Origin: Macrostomum lignano
Taxonomy: Eukaryota
DNA: 64,000 nt
Direction of reading: 5' to 3'
Assembly: GCA_002269645.1 (NCBI GenBank)
Contig: NIVC01001952.1
Location: forward strand, 1 to 64,000
This document shows positions 38,501 to 52,200 of the stretch, piece by piece; position 1 is the first letter of the stretch; each line of letters opens with the position of its first letter. The position numbers were made by a program, and so were the translations under genes. The notes under the pieces are model-generated. The model was not told the origin of the DNA and did no database searches. It saw nothing but the letters and a program-made list of their open reading frames with translations.

Positions 38501-41500
38501 AGACCGAGTATGAGATATCACTCAGTGATGGAACGGGCCAAACTGAGATAGAGTGCGATGAAATATCCACAAAAGTTCAGCCACTCATGACCGCCAGTCC
38601 AGCAATGTACGATCCGGAATCGTCCGACATTGCTACCCAGACTGCCATCGAGGTGAACAGCGACAGTGTCCGGATCGGCTCAACGTCTGTTGACGCAGAA
38701 ACATTTACAACATTACGGCTCGAACAATTTGCGCAACAGACTGACTCTACGACAGTCGCCGATCAATCAACGGAGATGAGCTTCGAAATGGTGTCAGTGT
38801 CGCTTCAGACTGACGAAGAGGAGGAGATTCCTAGAGAAGACAAGTTTACACACTACGATCTGTCGTTGCAGGACTCAGGCACAGAGACTATAAGCGAGAT
38901 CGACCACGCCGATGTTCGATGCTCCGTGGAAACCTCCGATCTGGAGTGTCAGGCGACGTACGACATGCAAGACACGGCAAGCCAGACTCTTCAAGAAGTG
39001 TCCGAGTCAGTAGCGTTATTCCGTTCAGAGCTACTCGACGCATCTACAATCACCGACACAATCGAGATAGAAAGGTCGGACAAGGAGACCGAGTATGAGA
39101 TATCACTCAGTGATGGAACGGGCCAAACTGAGATAGAGTGCGATGAGATATCCACAAAAGTTCAGCCACTCATGACCGCCAGTCCAGCAATGTACGATCC
39201 GGAATCGTCCGACATTGCTACCCAGACTGCCATCGAGGTGAACAGCGACAGTGTCCGGATCGGCTCAACGTCTGTTGACGCAGAAACATTTACTACATTA
39301 CGGCTCGAACAATTTGCGCAACAGACTGACTCTACGACAGTCGCCGATCAATCAACGGAGATGAGCTTCGAAATGGTGTCAGTGTCGCTTCAGACTGACG
39401 AAGAGGAGGAGATTCCTAGAGAAGACAAGTTTACACACTACGATCTGTCGTTGCAGGACTCAGGCACAGAGACTATAAGCGAGATCGACCACGCCGATGT
39501 TCGATGCTCCGTGGAAACCTCCGATCTGGAGTGTCAGGCGACGTACGACATGCAAGACACGGCAAGCCAGAATCTTCAAGAAGTGTCCGAGTCAGTAGCG
39601 TTATTCCGTTCAGAGCTACTCGACGCATCTACAATCACCGACACAATCGAGATAGAAAGGTCGGACAAGGAGACCGAGTATGAGATATCACTCAGTGATG
39701 GAACAGGCCAAACTGAGATAGAGTGCGATGAGATATCCACAAAAGTTCAGCCACTCATGACCGCCAGTCCAGCAATGTACGATCCGGAATCGTCCGACAT
39801 TGCTACCCAGACTGCCATCGAGGTGAACAGCGACAGTGTCCGGATCGGCTCAACGTCTGTTGACGCAGAAACATTTACTACATTACGGCTCGAACAATTT
39901 GCGCAACAGACTGACTCTACGACAGTCGCCGATCAATCAACGGAGATGAGCTTCGAAATGGTGTCAGTGTCGCTTCAGACTGACGAAGAGGAGGAGATTC
40001 CTAGAGAAGACAAGTTTACACACTACGATCTGTCGTTGCAGGACTCAGGCACAGAGACTATAAGCGAGATCGACCACGCCGATGTTCGATGCTCCGTGGA
40101 AACCTCCGATCTGGAGTGTCAGGCGACGTACGACATGCAAGACACGGCAAGCCAGAATCTTCAAGAAGTGTCCGAGTCAGTAGCGTTATTCCGTTCAGAG
40201 CTACTCGACGCATCTACAATCACCGACACAATCGAGATAGAAAGGTCGGACAAGGAGACCGAGTATGAGATATCACTCAGTGATGGAACAGGCCAAACTG
40301 AGATAGAGTGCGATGAAATATCCACAAAAGTTCAGCCACTCATGACCGCCAGTCCAGCAATGTACGATCCGGAATCGTCCGACATTGCTACCCAGACTGC
40401 CATCGAGGTGAACAGCGACAGTGTCCGGATCGGCTCAACGTCTGTTGACGCAGAAACATTTACTACATTACGGCTCGAACAATTTGCGCAACAGACTGAC
40501 TCTACGACAGTCGCCGATCAATCAACGGAGATGAGCTTCGAAATGGTGTCAGTGTCGCTTCAGACTGACGAAGAGGAGGAGATTCCTAGAGAAGACAAGT
40601 TTACACACTACGATCTGTCGTTGCAGGACTCAGGCACAGAGACTATAAGCGAGATCGACCACGCCGATGTTCGATGCTCCGTGGAAACCTCCGATCTGGA
40701 GTGTCAGGCGACGTACGACATGCAAGACACGGCAAGCCAGAATCTTCAAGAAGTGTCCGAGTCAGTAGCGTTATTCCGTTCAGAGCTACTCGACGCATCT
40801 ACAATCACCGACACAATCGAGATAGAAAGGTCGGACAAGGAGACCGAGTATGAGATATCACTCAGTGATGGAACAGGCCAAACTGAGATAGAGTGCGATG
40901 AGATATCCACAAAAGTTCAGCCACTCATGACCGCCAGTCCAGCAATGTACGATCCGGAATCGTCCGACATTGCTACCCAGACTGCCATCGAGGTGAACAG
41001 CGACAGTGTCCGGATCGGCTCAACGTCTGTTGACGCAGAAACATTTACAACATTACGGCTCGAACAATTTGCGCAACAGACTGACTCTACGACAGTCGCC
41101 GATCAATCAACGGAGATGAGCTTCGAAATGGTGTCAGTGTCGCTTCAGACTGACGAAGAGGAGGAGATTCCTAGAGAAGACAAGTTTACACACTACGATC
41201 TGTCGTTGCAGGACTCAGGCACAGAGACTATAAGCGAGATCGACCACGCCGATGTTCGATGCTCCGTGGAAACCTCCGATCTGGAGTGTCAGGCGACGTA
41301 CGACATGCAAGACACGGCAAGCCAGAATCTTCAAGAAGTGTCCGAGTCAGTAGCGTTATTCCGTTCAGAGCTACTCGACGCATCTACAATCACCGACACA
41401 ATCGAGATAGAAAGGTCGGACAAGGAGACCGAGTATGAGATATCACTCAGTGATGGAACAGGCCAAACTGAGATAGAGTGCGATGAATATCCACAAAAGT

Positions 41501-44500
41501 TCAGCCACTCATGACCGCCAGTCCAGCAATGTACGATCCGGAATCGTCCGACATTGCTACCCAGACTGCCATCGAGGTGAACAGCGACAGTGTCCGGATC
41601 GGCTCAACGTCTGTTGACGCAGAAACATTTACTACATTACGGCTCGAACAATTTGCGCAACAGACTGACTCTACGACAGTCGCCGATCAATCAACGGAGA
41701 TGAGCTTCGAAATGGTGTCAGTGTCGCTTCAGACTGACGAAGAGGAGGAGATTCCTAGAGAAGACAAGTTTACACACTACGATCTGTCGTTGCAGGACTC
41801 AGGCACAGAGACTATAAGCGAGATCGACCACGCCGATGTTCGATGCTCCGTGGAAACCTCCGATCTGGAGTGTCAGGCGACGTACGACATGCAAGACACG
41901 GCAAGCCAGAATCTTCAAGAAGTGTCCGAGTCAGTAGCGTTATTCCGTTCAGAGCTACTCGACGCATCTACAATCACCGACACAATCGAGATAGAAAGGT
42001 CGGACAAGGAGACCGAGTATGAGATATCACTCAGTGATGGAACAGGCCAAACTGAGATAGAGTGCGATGAATATCCACAAAAGTTCAGCCACTCATGACC
42101 GCCAGTCCAGCAATGTACGATCCGGAATCGTCCGACATTGCTACCCAGACTGCCATCGAGGTGAACAGCGACAGTGTCCGGATCGGCTCAACGTCTGTTG
42201 ACGCAGAAACATTTACTACATTACGGCTCGAACAATTTGCGCAACAGACTGACTCTACGACAGTCGCCGATCAATCAACGGAGATGAGCTTCGAAATGGT
42301 GTCAGTGTCGCTTCAGACTGACGAAGAGGAGGAGATTCCTAGAGAAGACAAGTTTACACACTACGATCTGTCGTTGCAGGACTCAGGCACAGAGACTATA
42401 AGCGAGATCGACCACGCCGATGTTCGATGCTCCGTGGAAACCTCCGATCTGGAGTGTCAGGCGACGTACGACATGCAAGACACGGCAAGCCAGAATCTTC
42501 AAGAAGTGTCCGAGTCAGTAGCGTTATTCCGTTCAGAGCTACTCGACGCATCTACAATCACCGACACAATCGAGATAGAAAGGTCGGACAAGGAGACCGA
42601 GTATGAGATATCACTCAGTGATGGAACGGCCAAACTGAGATAGAGTGCGATGAGATATCCACAAAAGTTCAGCCACTCATGACCGCCAGTCCAGCAATGT
42701 ACGATCCGGAATCGTCCGACATTGCTACCCAGACTGCCATCGAGGTGAACAGCGACAGTGTCCGGATCGGCTCAACGTCTGTTGACGCAGAAACATTTAC
42801 TACATTACGGCTCGAACAATTTGCGCAACAGACTGACTCTACGACAGTCGCCGATCAATCAACGGAGATGAGCTTCGAAATGGTGTCAGTGTCGCTTCAG
42901 ACTGACGAAGAGGAGGAGATTCCTAGAGAAGACAAGTTTACACACTACGATCTGTCGTTGCAGGACTCAGGCACAGAGACTATAAGCGAGATCGACCACG
43001 CCGATGTTCGATGCTCCGTGGAAACCTCCGATCTGGAGTGTCAGGCGACGTACGACATGCAAGACACGGCAAGCCAGAATCTTCAAGAAGTGTCCGAGTC
43101 AGTAGCGTTATTCCGTTCAGAGCTACTCGACGCATCTACAATCACCGACACAATCGAGATAGAAAGGTCGGACAAGGAGACCGAGTATGAGATATCACTC
43201 AGTGATGGAACAGGCCAAACTGAGATAGAGTGCGATGAAATATCCACAAAAGTTCAGCCACTCATGACCGCCAGTCCAGCAATGTACGATCCGGAATCGT
43301 CCGACATTGCTACCCAGACTGCCATCGAGGTGAACAGCGACAGTGTCCGGATCGGCTCAACGTCTGTTGACGCAGAAACATTTACAACATTACGGCTCGA
43401 ACAATTTGCGCAACAGACTGACTCTACGACAGTCGCCGATCAATCAACGGAGATGAGCTTCGAAATGGTGTCAGTGTCGCTTCAGACTGACGAAGAGGAG
43501 GAGATTCCTAGAGAAGACAAGTTTACACACTACGATCTGTCGTTGCAGGACTCAGGCACAGAGACTATAAGCGAGATCGACCACGCCGATGTTCGATGCT
43601 CCGTGGAAACTTCCGATCTGGAGTGTCAGGCGACGTACCGCATTGTGACAGCCGAAAAGCAGACAGAATGTTTTTTAGAAACAAAATATAGCAATGCCTA
43701 CAGCCAAATGGAATGGGAAATGGAAAGTTCATTTGCAAAATGTGCACCGTTTGAATCGTCTGAAGAAACATGCAGTTTTGGACCGCGATTGTGTTCTAAA
43801 AACAGTCAGACTGACAGCACAAGCGGCTATGATTATGTTAAAACAAGCATCACTACGAATAATGCATCACTGCAGACGGCTCTTTGTTTGGAAACTGTGC
43901 AGCAACAAACTGAATTAGCAGAAAAGAAAGAAGCAATAATTTCTGAACTTGGTCAACAAACGGATGCAATCGCTATAGAATCTAGCGCCAGTTTTTTTCG
44001 TGAGGTACAAGCTGTAACAGAAGAATCAACTGAAACGACACTTCGACTTGTGCACACGCCCTGCCAGACTGATTCAATTGAGGAAGCAGAGAAAACACAG
44101 CCAATCATTGAGGAAGTGCTAGTACGCTGTCGCTCAAATTTCTGGGCTGAGGCTGCAGTGACTGCAGATCCTAGGGTTGCTCTACTCGAAGCAGTTTCTC
44201 AGACAGCAGAACGTCAGTGTTGCGACACTGCATCTCTACACCTGCAGGAAGTAGTTGATGATGGTGTCAAAGCCACGAAAGAACTATGCGACGCACAAAC
44301 CGACGTATTCGATCTGCTGTCTAGCCTAAATACGGAAGCAACTATGAAATTCAGTTCAGAGGCTGAAGCTGGCGACTTTATTGATTCTAAACGTGCGCCC
44401 ATGCAACATCGCTCTAAAGTAACGGCTAGTAAGACTCGCGACACACTCTCGTTGTATTCCATATCAAACCAGCAGGACACAGGCTCTCACTTTTGCTATC

Positions 44501-44638
44501 ATCCGGTGCACCGCCATAGCCATGCCAGAATTCTCTCGGACACCCATTTCCACGACCACTACGCCCAAACAGAAAGCATCTGCATCCATGATGGACTAAT
44601 GGTGGATACAGCTACATCTCATCGAGACGATGTTCCCA
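35523..44638 (+). CDS. Giant 9.1-kb exon 10 of the plakin-headed gene: acidic T/S/E/D/Q-rich repeat region, with three 1-nt deletions in this assembly
   Basis: Acceptor TCGCAG at 35522 completes the phase-2 intron from 33960. ORFs 35752-41514, 41511-42098, 42095-42643 and 42679-44688 are the same repeat in shifted frames. A donor A|GTAAGT lies at 44639. Confidence 0.8.
37909..43638 (+). repeat. Coding tandem repeat, 585 bp (195 aa) x about 9.8, with only a few substitutions between copies
   Basis: Unit starts (GACAAGGAGACC) at 37909, 38494, 39079, 39664, 40249, 40834, 41419, 42003, 42587 and 43171. The last copy is truncated at about 43638. Confidence 0.97.
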
Positions 44639-45048
44639 GTAAGTACAAGGTTAACAAGTTTGTAATAAAGCACAAAGTTTGGAGATAGGATGATAGACGA
44701 CAAAGGAATGAGACAGACAGAGAACAGAGGGCTAAGATAGAGGAGTCAGGCATGAGAGGTAGAGAGTAGAAAGGATGGGAGAGGGTAAATAAGAAAAATG
44801 CAAAAAGGGAGAAAAATACGATCTGCGGAAAGTAGAAAAAGTTGGAAGGAGAAGGGAACTCAACTGAGGAATGCAGATAAGCTGAGAAAGAACAGGTAAG
44901 ATACGAAGTGATGGAGATACATGTATAGTTTTGTTAATGGACTTCTGAAAGATTTAGGTTGAGACGGCTGTCCTCAAACAACGGAGTTTCACTCTGTCCT
45001 CGCTACGCATATTTTTCTTAATCCGCATGACAATGCATTATCTTTCAG

Positions 45049-45914
45049 GCCTGGCTGATGCTTCTGTTAGTACATCCGCCCAGGCTCCACTGAGTCCATC
45101 TGGCTTGCTCAGCCCCGGTGTGATGCTGCGAATGCGCAGATTACAAGAGCCGGAGTCCAACGAACAGACGGTGTTCAATTTAGCCCGCCGAGTGGACAGG
45201 GTGCAGCCGTCGCCACAGCCGTCGCCGAGGTCGCAGCAGCTGTCGCCAGCTATGCAGAGTGTGCAACTGCAGCAGCAGCCGGGAACTGACACTACAGACA
45301 ATGCTAAGCAACTCGCACCAACAACATTGCCAAAATCGCAGCAGCAACAGTACCTACCAGTTTCGAATCCACCTGAAACTGCAGTGGCCACCACCACCGT
45401 GACTGGGCTAGCCGCCGCGCCACCATTGGCCTCGGCGGCAGTACCGGTGCAATCGCGCCCAACGGCGGGTCCCGCAGTCTCAGGACTAAAAAGTCCCGGT
45501 CTGATGTTCCGGCTGCGCAACGAGCAAGCGGCGGAAGAGGAGAACCCGACGGCCGAGATGACGCGCGTGGCGGGCCGTCTAACAGGTGGTGGCGGTGCTG
45601 GCGGCGGACTCGGGCCCCCGGTGCCCGCTCATCGAACACCATCAGCGCCATCTTCAAGAGCTTCGTCGGACGACTCGATGGTGCTCGGTCAGGAGGCTCT
45701 TGGCGTGCAGGCGCCTCCAAAGCAAGCGCCGGTCCAGGCTCCGGAGCCCAAAAAGGAGTTCGAACTGGCCAAGCAGAGGGCTGCGGCACGGCGCCTTCTG
45801 CGGGAGCAGGAGGAGCGGGAAGAGGCCGAGGCTGAAGCGCAACGGCGGCGGCATCGAATGGAGCCAGGAGGGGAAAGCGACTCAGGAGCGACGTCTGGAC
45901 CTCGGAAGTCCTGA
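45049..45914 (+). CDS. Last exon of the plakin-headed gene: Pro/Gln/Ala-rich tail with a terminal E/R-rich helix
   Basis: Acceptor TCTTTCAG at 45048 fits the phase-1 donor at 44639. The ORF ends ...KEFELAKQRAAARRLLREQEEREEAEAEAQRRR...GPRKS-stop. Confidence 0.75.
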
Positions 45915-48900
45915 TTTTCACTCATTCTTCACCAGTTGAAAGAGCTCACTAAAGTGCTCAATAGTTCCCAGTAGAAATAAGAAACTCCACGATAAAAAGT
46001 ATTACTATGACTTCAGTCTTTGGTTCCGAATTTTGTATTTTTTTGCTGAGAGTCGATAAATTAAATTAATTGGATTCTTTTTTTTAATAGAATTAATTAT
46101 GATAAGTTCCGATTTAGCTGGGATTAAAAGGAATCATGACTGAACTGTGTGCTTACACTTTTTCGAATTCTTTTGACTAGTTCACTATATTAGAATAATA
46201 CATTGTTTTTTCGTTACTATTTTGCTTAATCCTATATCCTTTCATGAAATAGCTTTGGTCATTGATACTGCCTTTGATCACCTCTAAAAAGCCAAAATCG
46301 TACATTTAGCTCTTTTATTTAACAAGCCACTAGTTTTCTTTGCTTCCTGAATCAATTCGTGTGCTCAAATCAATTTCTGTATGTTAACCCGTCCGTTTAA
46401 AATTATGACCAGGTAACCCATTAGAAAATGCTTGTTACTTTTTAATTTTGTTACAACAAGAGCCAAAATCATATTTAGATTTATTTTTTCTCTAACTAAT
46501 CAACAAATATACAGCTCTAGTGTATTAGTTTTTATTCCATTCAACTTCCGGTTTGCGTTTTCAACGTGTCTTTAATGGAATTAGCTGCAGATGGGAAATC
46601 GATACAAAATACGAGCTATTTAGAAGGTCGAGATTCCGATAATACGCAATATGTGTAATATCCTACTTAGAGTAGGACATCGTTAAACAAATAAACAAGT
46701 AGCTGTTCCAATGCAGCGCACTTACATAAAATTTATTTACAATAATTGCTACCAAGTTCGCGGCCTGCCCAAAATCGTCATTTCTAAAAATGGTCAACAG
46801 ATCGGGCTTGCTGCAACTTGATGATTCCAGTGTATTTCATGTAATGAATTCGCAATTAGGACAGCGTACAACACGCACTGAGAGATTATACTCGATTTCC
46901 TATCGAATACTGACAGCTACAGGTGCAAAACTGTAGCTTCACGTCGTGCGGATTTGTTTGCATACATTTACAACAGGTAAAATTTCTGTATAATCTTGTA
47001 ACGTTGCAATGAATATTTATCGAACAAAGGATCCGTTTCAAAAAAAATTATAGGTAAAAGCGAAATCTTAAAGAAAATAAATCAGAGAGCGAACGTTGCA
47101 ATGAATATTATCATGAACAAAGGATCCGTTCAGGCAAAAAAAATCATAAGCTGCCCTCCTGGCAATTGTACCGGAATTTTCATGTACCACCGCATTGCCT
47201 TCAACTTTGCAAGCGTTTGAGAAAGAGAAAAAATAGCCGACGGGGCACAAAAATTGCCTTTCTGTACCAGTTCCATGTAGAGAATAAATACTCTGGATTG
47301 GCGATTTAGCGAATTCGCTTGTCCATATGTGACTAAAGCGGCTCATCCACCCCTCCCGTATCTGTTTGCGTGCGGTGTGCGCGAACGATTCCCTTCACTG
47401 ATCATATTTTTGACCAGTATTGCTCCACCTTGCCGCTGACAACTTTCACTTATTCGTTTCGCTCTGTTTATCTTAACTCATCGCGTGCTTGAACATGCAA
47501 AGCATGGCCGACACTGTTTGCAGCATTGACTTATTGCATCAGTTTGGCTATCGAATCCGACAGCTGCACAGACTTGCCAGTCAGATGCGTAGGCGATCTA
47601 AAAGTCAAATATAGTAGTCAGTTTGGATTTGGCTCTGAAGAAAAGATAAACATTAAAAAAAAGACAAAACTGTACCGGTATAATCAAATGCGTTTCGTTA
47701 GAAAAAGATTGGTGTTCCAGATCTAAAAAAGTTTCTATATTTTTAAAAACGCCAAATGTTCTTTCCAGAAATTCTCCATTAATAGCAGAAAGCACCAAAG
47801 ATGGAACAGGCAGTCGTTTTGAGATTTTTGTTTACCAGCGCGATAAATTTCTTTACAATTTATTAAGCTAAAGTCGTGCGTCACTAACTCTGTGTTTAGC
47901 TTATCTGAGTGCAATGCACAAATTCTCAGCAAATTCCTGTCTTGCAGGACACTTACTGTCTGTAGCACCGCTTGCAATGCTTGAGAAGTGCTCACCTCTT
48001 CGCCCCGCCTGTACCAACTGTAGTGCCGAGTGGCTGATACAGGGGCAGCGAAACTGAAATGGCAATCGAATCCACGATGTCACTATTCTACGCAGCTGTA
48101 CAGAAATGTACAACGCAAGGGAATTTGAAAATTATTAAAAAATGCACGGCACATGAAAATTGCTCGTTATCCTGGCTACAATTTTCTTTCTGCGTCCCAT
48201 GTTGGTGTATTGCAAAGAGCCCAAGAGCATTTCTGGCCATAGGTTTTGTCCATATCACTAAAGCACCAGTCACGCATCATTCACTGTCCTCTCTCTGTCC
48301 AAGAGACTGATTTTAGCGCATGGTCCTCTCTGCGCCATTCTTTGCTTTAGCCACGCCTTCCAGCTGTGGCCTGAATTTCTCACAGTTGAAGCCAAATTCA
48401 TTTCTGCTGTCTATGGCTTTCTGTGATTTGTTTGAGTGAAATGTCAGACTGCTGACGGTTACGCACCAATTTCAATGAAGAAAAAGCAAATAAGCCGCAA
48501 TTTAAGGGTATATTTTTCTCGCAGCATTTCACAAATAAGCCATACAATAGCTAAGTACGTAAGCTATAATATCTAAGGTATGTTCAACTTAACGCTGCAC
48601 TGACAGCTCATTAAATCAAAGACCTGAGAACATGACTGTGTTTTCTTTACTTTCGACACGAAACGAGAAGAAGTGACCGAATGCGTTCAATCAATAATGT
48701 TCTCAACAAAATCTGATTAATACACTTAGTTTTATTTTGCTCAAGCGAAGATATGCTAGCTGGCAGGGCAAACAATATTGGACGCAGTTAAGTCACGAGC
48801 GAAAAAAATGACAATCACAAAAATACACACTGGATTTCGGCCAGCCCGTCTTGAATTGTTTAATATGTAAAAAAATACAATCGCAGTTCGGAATCGTAGA

Positions 48901-49649
48901 AGCACATAAATGATTAAATACTCTAATTACTTATTAGCACAAAGTATTAAAAGCTCAGCCAATAATTCGAAATAATTGGCTCTGACCACATTAACCGTTT
49001 CTCGAGCAGAATGAGTGGCTCGCTAGTGGGCATTTTAAAGCTAGCAGAAAAATTTCACAAAAGAGAAGTACAGCGGCAAGAAGAAATACGATCGATTTCC
49101 AAAATACGAGCTAGCTTCGCAAAAAAACAAATAAGCGACGCAAATCTACGAAAAAGATACACAGGAAATCAGAGAAAACTAAGCAAAAGCGCATCAAAGA
49201 TCAATGATTGGTACAGGATTTTACAATTCGATCACGGTGAAGCTAAACGAATAGGGAATTACAATAGTATTGAAAAAAGGATGCGAAATTGCTATATGGT
49301 TCGAAGAAAGAAAATTATTGGTGTCCTGTTGAACGATAGTGCAAGGTATAGTGAGCTCGCCTAATCACATTATATTTGTTCATTTTTTACAATTATGAGC
49401 AGCCAAAACACTCACAGCAATCTGGCTTGTACTACAAAGAAAAAAGCGTGATCCAGCATTACATTCATTCATTCAGATATTTTGTACTAAATTAGGGCTC
49501 ATTGCAAAGCGTTTGTCATTTTCTATGAATAGCTAGTCGGAACGGATACCGGATGTGCTTGGTTAATACATCTACCGGGAAGGAAACCAATTAAGGCTAC
49601 ATGACGCACGATATGTAGAGGAACTAGCTAGTGATCCCAGGTGCGGAAC

Positions 49650-49976
49650 TTAACAGGACTGACCGTTATTGCCGACGCCACTGGCCTGGACGCTGCGCCT
49701 TCGACGCATGCTGAAGTAGACCAGGAGGACGGCGCACACGACAATCAGCAGGAGCACGATGCCAACCAGGGGCAGGTAGACGGATGTCATCGCCGAGGCG
49801 ACACCGCGGGAGGGGAAGAAGTCGGGCTCGTTGCATAGCTGGCCCACCCAGCCGGGCAGGCATTCGCAGTAGAAGGTGCTGGGCTCGATCACCCGGCAGA
49901 AGCCGCCCTCCTGGCAGTTGAATCCGTATTTTTTCACTATGTGCTCCAGCGTTTCCGCTGCGGTGCAGTTGCGCAT
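49650..49976 (-). CDS. EGF-like domain plus single TM micro-protein, 108 aa, no signal peptide (paralog 1)
   Basis: Six Cys spaced C-x16-C-x5-C-x9-C-x-C-x8-C, TM segment VYLPLVGIVLLLIVVCAVLLVYF and stop-transfer RRRR. An in-frame TAA lies two codons before the ATG. Confidence 0.85.
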   Translation of the reverse strand: MRNCTAAETLEHIVKKYGFNCQEGGFCRVIEPSTFYCECLPGWVGQLCNEPDFFPSRGVASAMTSVYLPLVGIVLLLIVVCAVLLVYFSMRRRRSVQASGVGNNGQSC

Positions 49977-51115
49977 TCTCCTTTAGTTCGTTCCGTAAAT
50001 CTGTTTTCAAGAAAGATAATAAATTCTTTGACGTTCGTTGTTGGCGTTCCAAAGAGAAAACCGTTATAATACCCTGGACCTAGATTTGCAAGGACAAGCT
50101 ACAATTGCTGTCACATCCTTCAAAGCTTCCTTTCCATTTTCGAGATCTCGAAGAAATCGCACGTCGTAAGGGAAGCGAAAAACTCGTCATCAAATCTGAG
50201 AGGATTTAGGCCAACAGATTATAAAGCTCGAGTTATTTTGGAATGCCCATCCTTTTGGTTTTTTCTAAGCCTTTTATTACCTTCTTGCCAATCTAATCTA
50301 AATATACTAAATTTGCTTATAAACGATCAAAATAGTGCTATAGGTTTTGCAAAGCGTACTGAAAAGCTATTGTAAAAGCATTTAAAATAAACAATAGCTC
50401 GTACTGCTTAGACAAGTAAACGACTTACCCTGTTAAGCCACAGTGAAATTGAGATCAAACTTAATCTCGTAGTAGAAATTTATCTACAGTAAAGCTAAGT
50501 CGATGAACGCGCAATATAAGAATAGCCAGAACGTCAGAAGGGTCCGTTGTATTTGTTTTAAACGAATACAGGGCAAAACCTTCACCTGACAACTGTAGCG
50601 AGCTTAATGAAACCTTATCAAAATGAAGCAGCCACTCCGTTGGGTTAAATATGTGCCTGATCTGTGTGACTGTACAGTCCCAGATTGTGCTGGGCTTGGG
50701 CAAGATGTAGTGATAAAGGGAGAGTGCGAGAAATTTTGTAGCCATTTATTGTGGGCGCTAAATTTAGAAAGTGAGAGTGAGAGTGCAGTGAGAGTAATGA
50801 ACGTACGCAGCTGATGCGCACTCTCGATTGCATGGGCTACATTGGCACCTTGGCATCCAACTGACCAACAGAATTTCGCGTGAACGAACTAAATCAATAT
50901 CTGAGCGTTGGGGTGATTTTTTAATTAAAGACCCTTATCTATAATAGATAACAGTATAACCCCTCGTTAAACTGCCACGCGGTCCAAAAGTTGAGCAATT
51001 TCAAATTGATGATTCGGTAACGTGTGAAGAAACCATTAGCATGCAGAATTTCCATCCATCCTCCATCCTTCATTAGCATGCAGGATCCTAGGGTGGCTTG
51101 CTTGTAGAGGCGCCA

Positions 51116-52200
51116 GCACCAAGGGGCTTTAGCACCAAGGGGCTTTAGCACCAAGGGGCTTTAGCACCAAGGGGCTTTAGCACCAAGGGGCTTTAGCACC
51201 AAGGGGCTTTAGCACCAAGGGGCTTTAGCACCAAGGGGCTTTAGCACCAAGGGGCTTTAGCACCAAGGGGCTTTAGCACCAAGGGGCTTTAGCACCAAGG
51301 GGCTTTAGCACCAAGGGGCTTTAGCACCAAGGGGCTTTAGCACCAAGGGGCTTTAGCACCAAGGGGCTTTAGCACCAAGGGGCTTTAGCACCAAGGGGCT
51401 TTAGCACCAAGGGGCTTTAGCACCAAGGGGCTTTAGCACCAAGGGGCTTTAGCACCAAGGGGCTTTAGCACCAAGGGGCTTTAGCACCAAGGGGCTTTAG
51501 CACCAAGGGGCTTTAGCACCAAGGGGCTTTAGCACCAAGGGGCTTTAGCACCAAGGGGCTTTAGCACCAAGGGGCTTTAGCACCAAGGGGCTTTAGCACC
51601 AAGGGGCTTTAGCACCAAGGGGCTTTAGCACCAAGGGGCTTTAGCACCAAGGGGCTTTAGCACCAAGGGGCTTTAGCACCAAGGGGCTTTAGCACCAAGG
51701 GGCTTTAGCACCAAGGGGCTTTAGCACCAAGGGGCTTTAGCACCAAGGGGCTTTAGCACCAAGGGGCTTTAGCACCAAGGGGCTTTAGCACCAAGGGGCT
51801 TTAGCACCAAGGGGCTTTAGCACCAAGGGGCTTTAGCACCAAAGGGCGCCAGCACCAAGGGCGCCAGCACTAAGGGGCGCCAGCACCAAGGGCGCCAGGG
51901 GTGCTTATAGCAAATGGGGCTCATGGAGGAGCTTTAGCACCAAGGGTCTTTATAGCAAGACAAAGGCAGACCAAGGGCTTTAGCACCAAGGGGCTTTAGC
52001 ACCAAGCTTTAGCACCAAGGGGCTTTAGCACCAAGGGGCTTTAGCACCAAGGGAGCACCAAGGGGCTTTAGCACCAAAGGGCGCCAGCACTAAGGGGCGC
52101 CAGCACCAGGGGGCGCCAGCACCAAGGGGCGCCAGCACTAAGGGGCGCCAGCACCAAAGGGCGCCAGCACTAAGGGGCGCCAGCACCAAAGGGCGCCAGG
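51116..52200. repeat. 16-bp minisatellite (TTAGCACCAAGGGGCT)n, about 45 perfect copies, then GGCGCCAGCAC variants
   Basis: Directly visible, with no unique spacers. Confidence 0.97.

Noticed and set aside
48290-48420. EFGFNCE frame as a third EGF-TM paralog
   Set aside because: Only a 5-residue resemblance, with none of the remaining cysteines and no TM segment.
49011-49364. 117-aa basic ORF
   Set aside because: AT-rich, no domain, and antisense to the probable 3' region of EGF-TM paralog 1.
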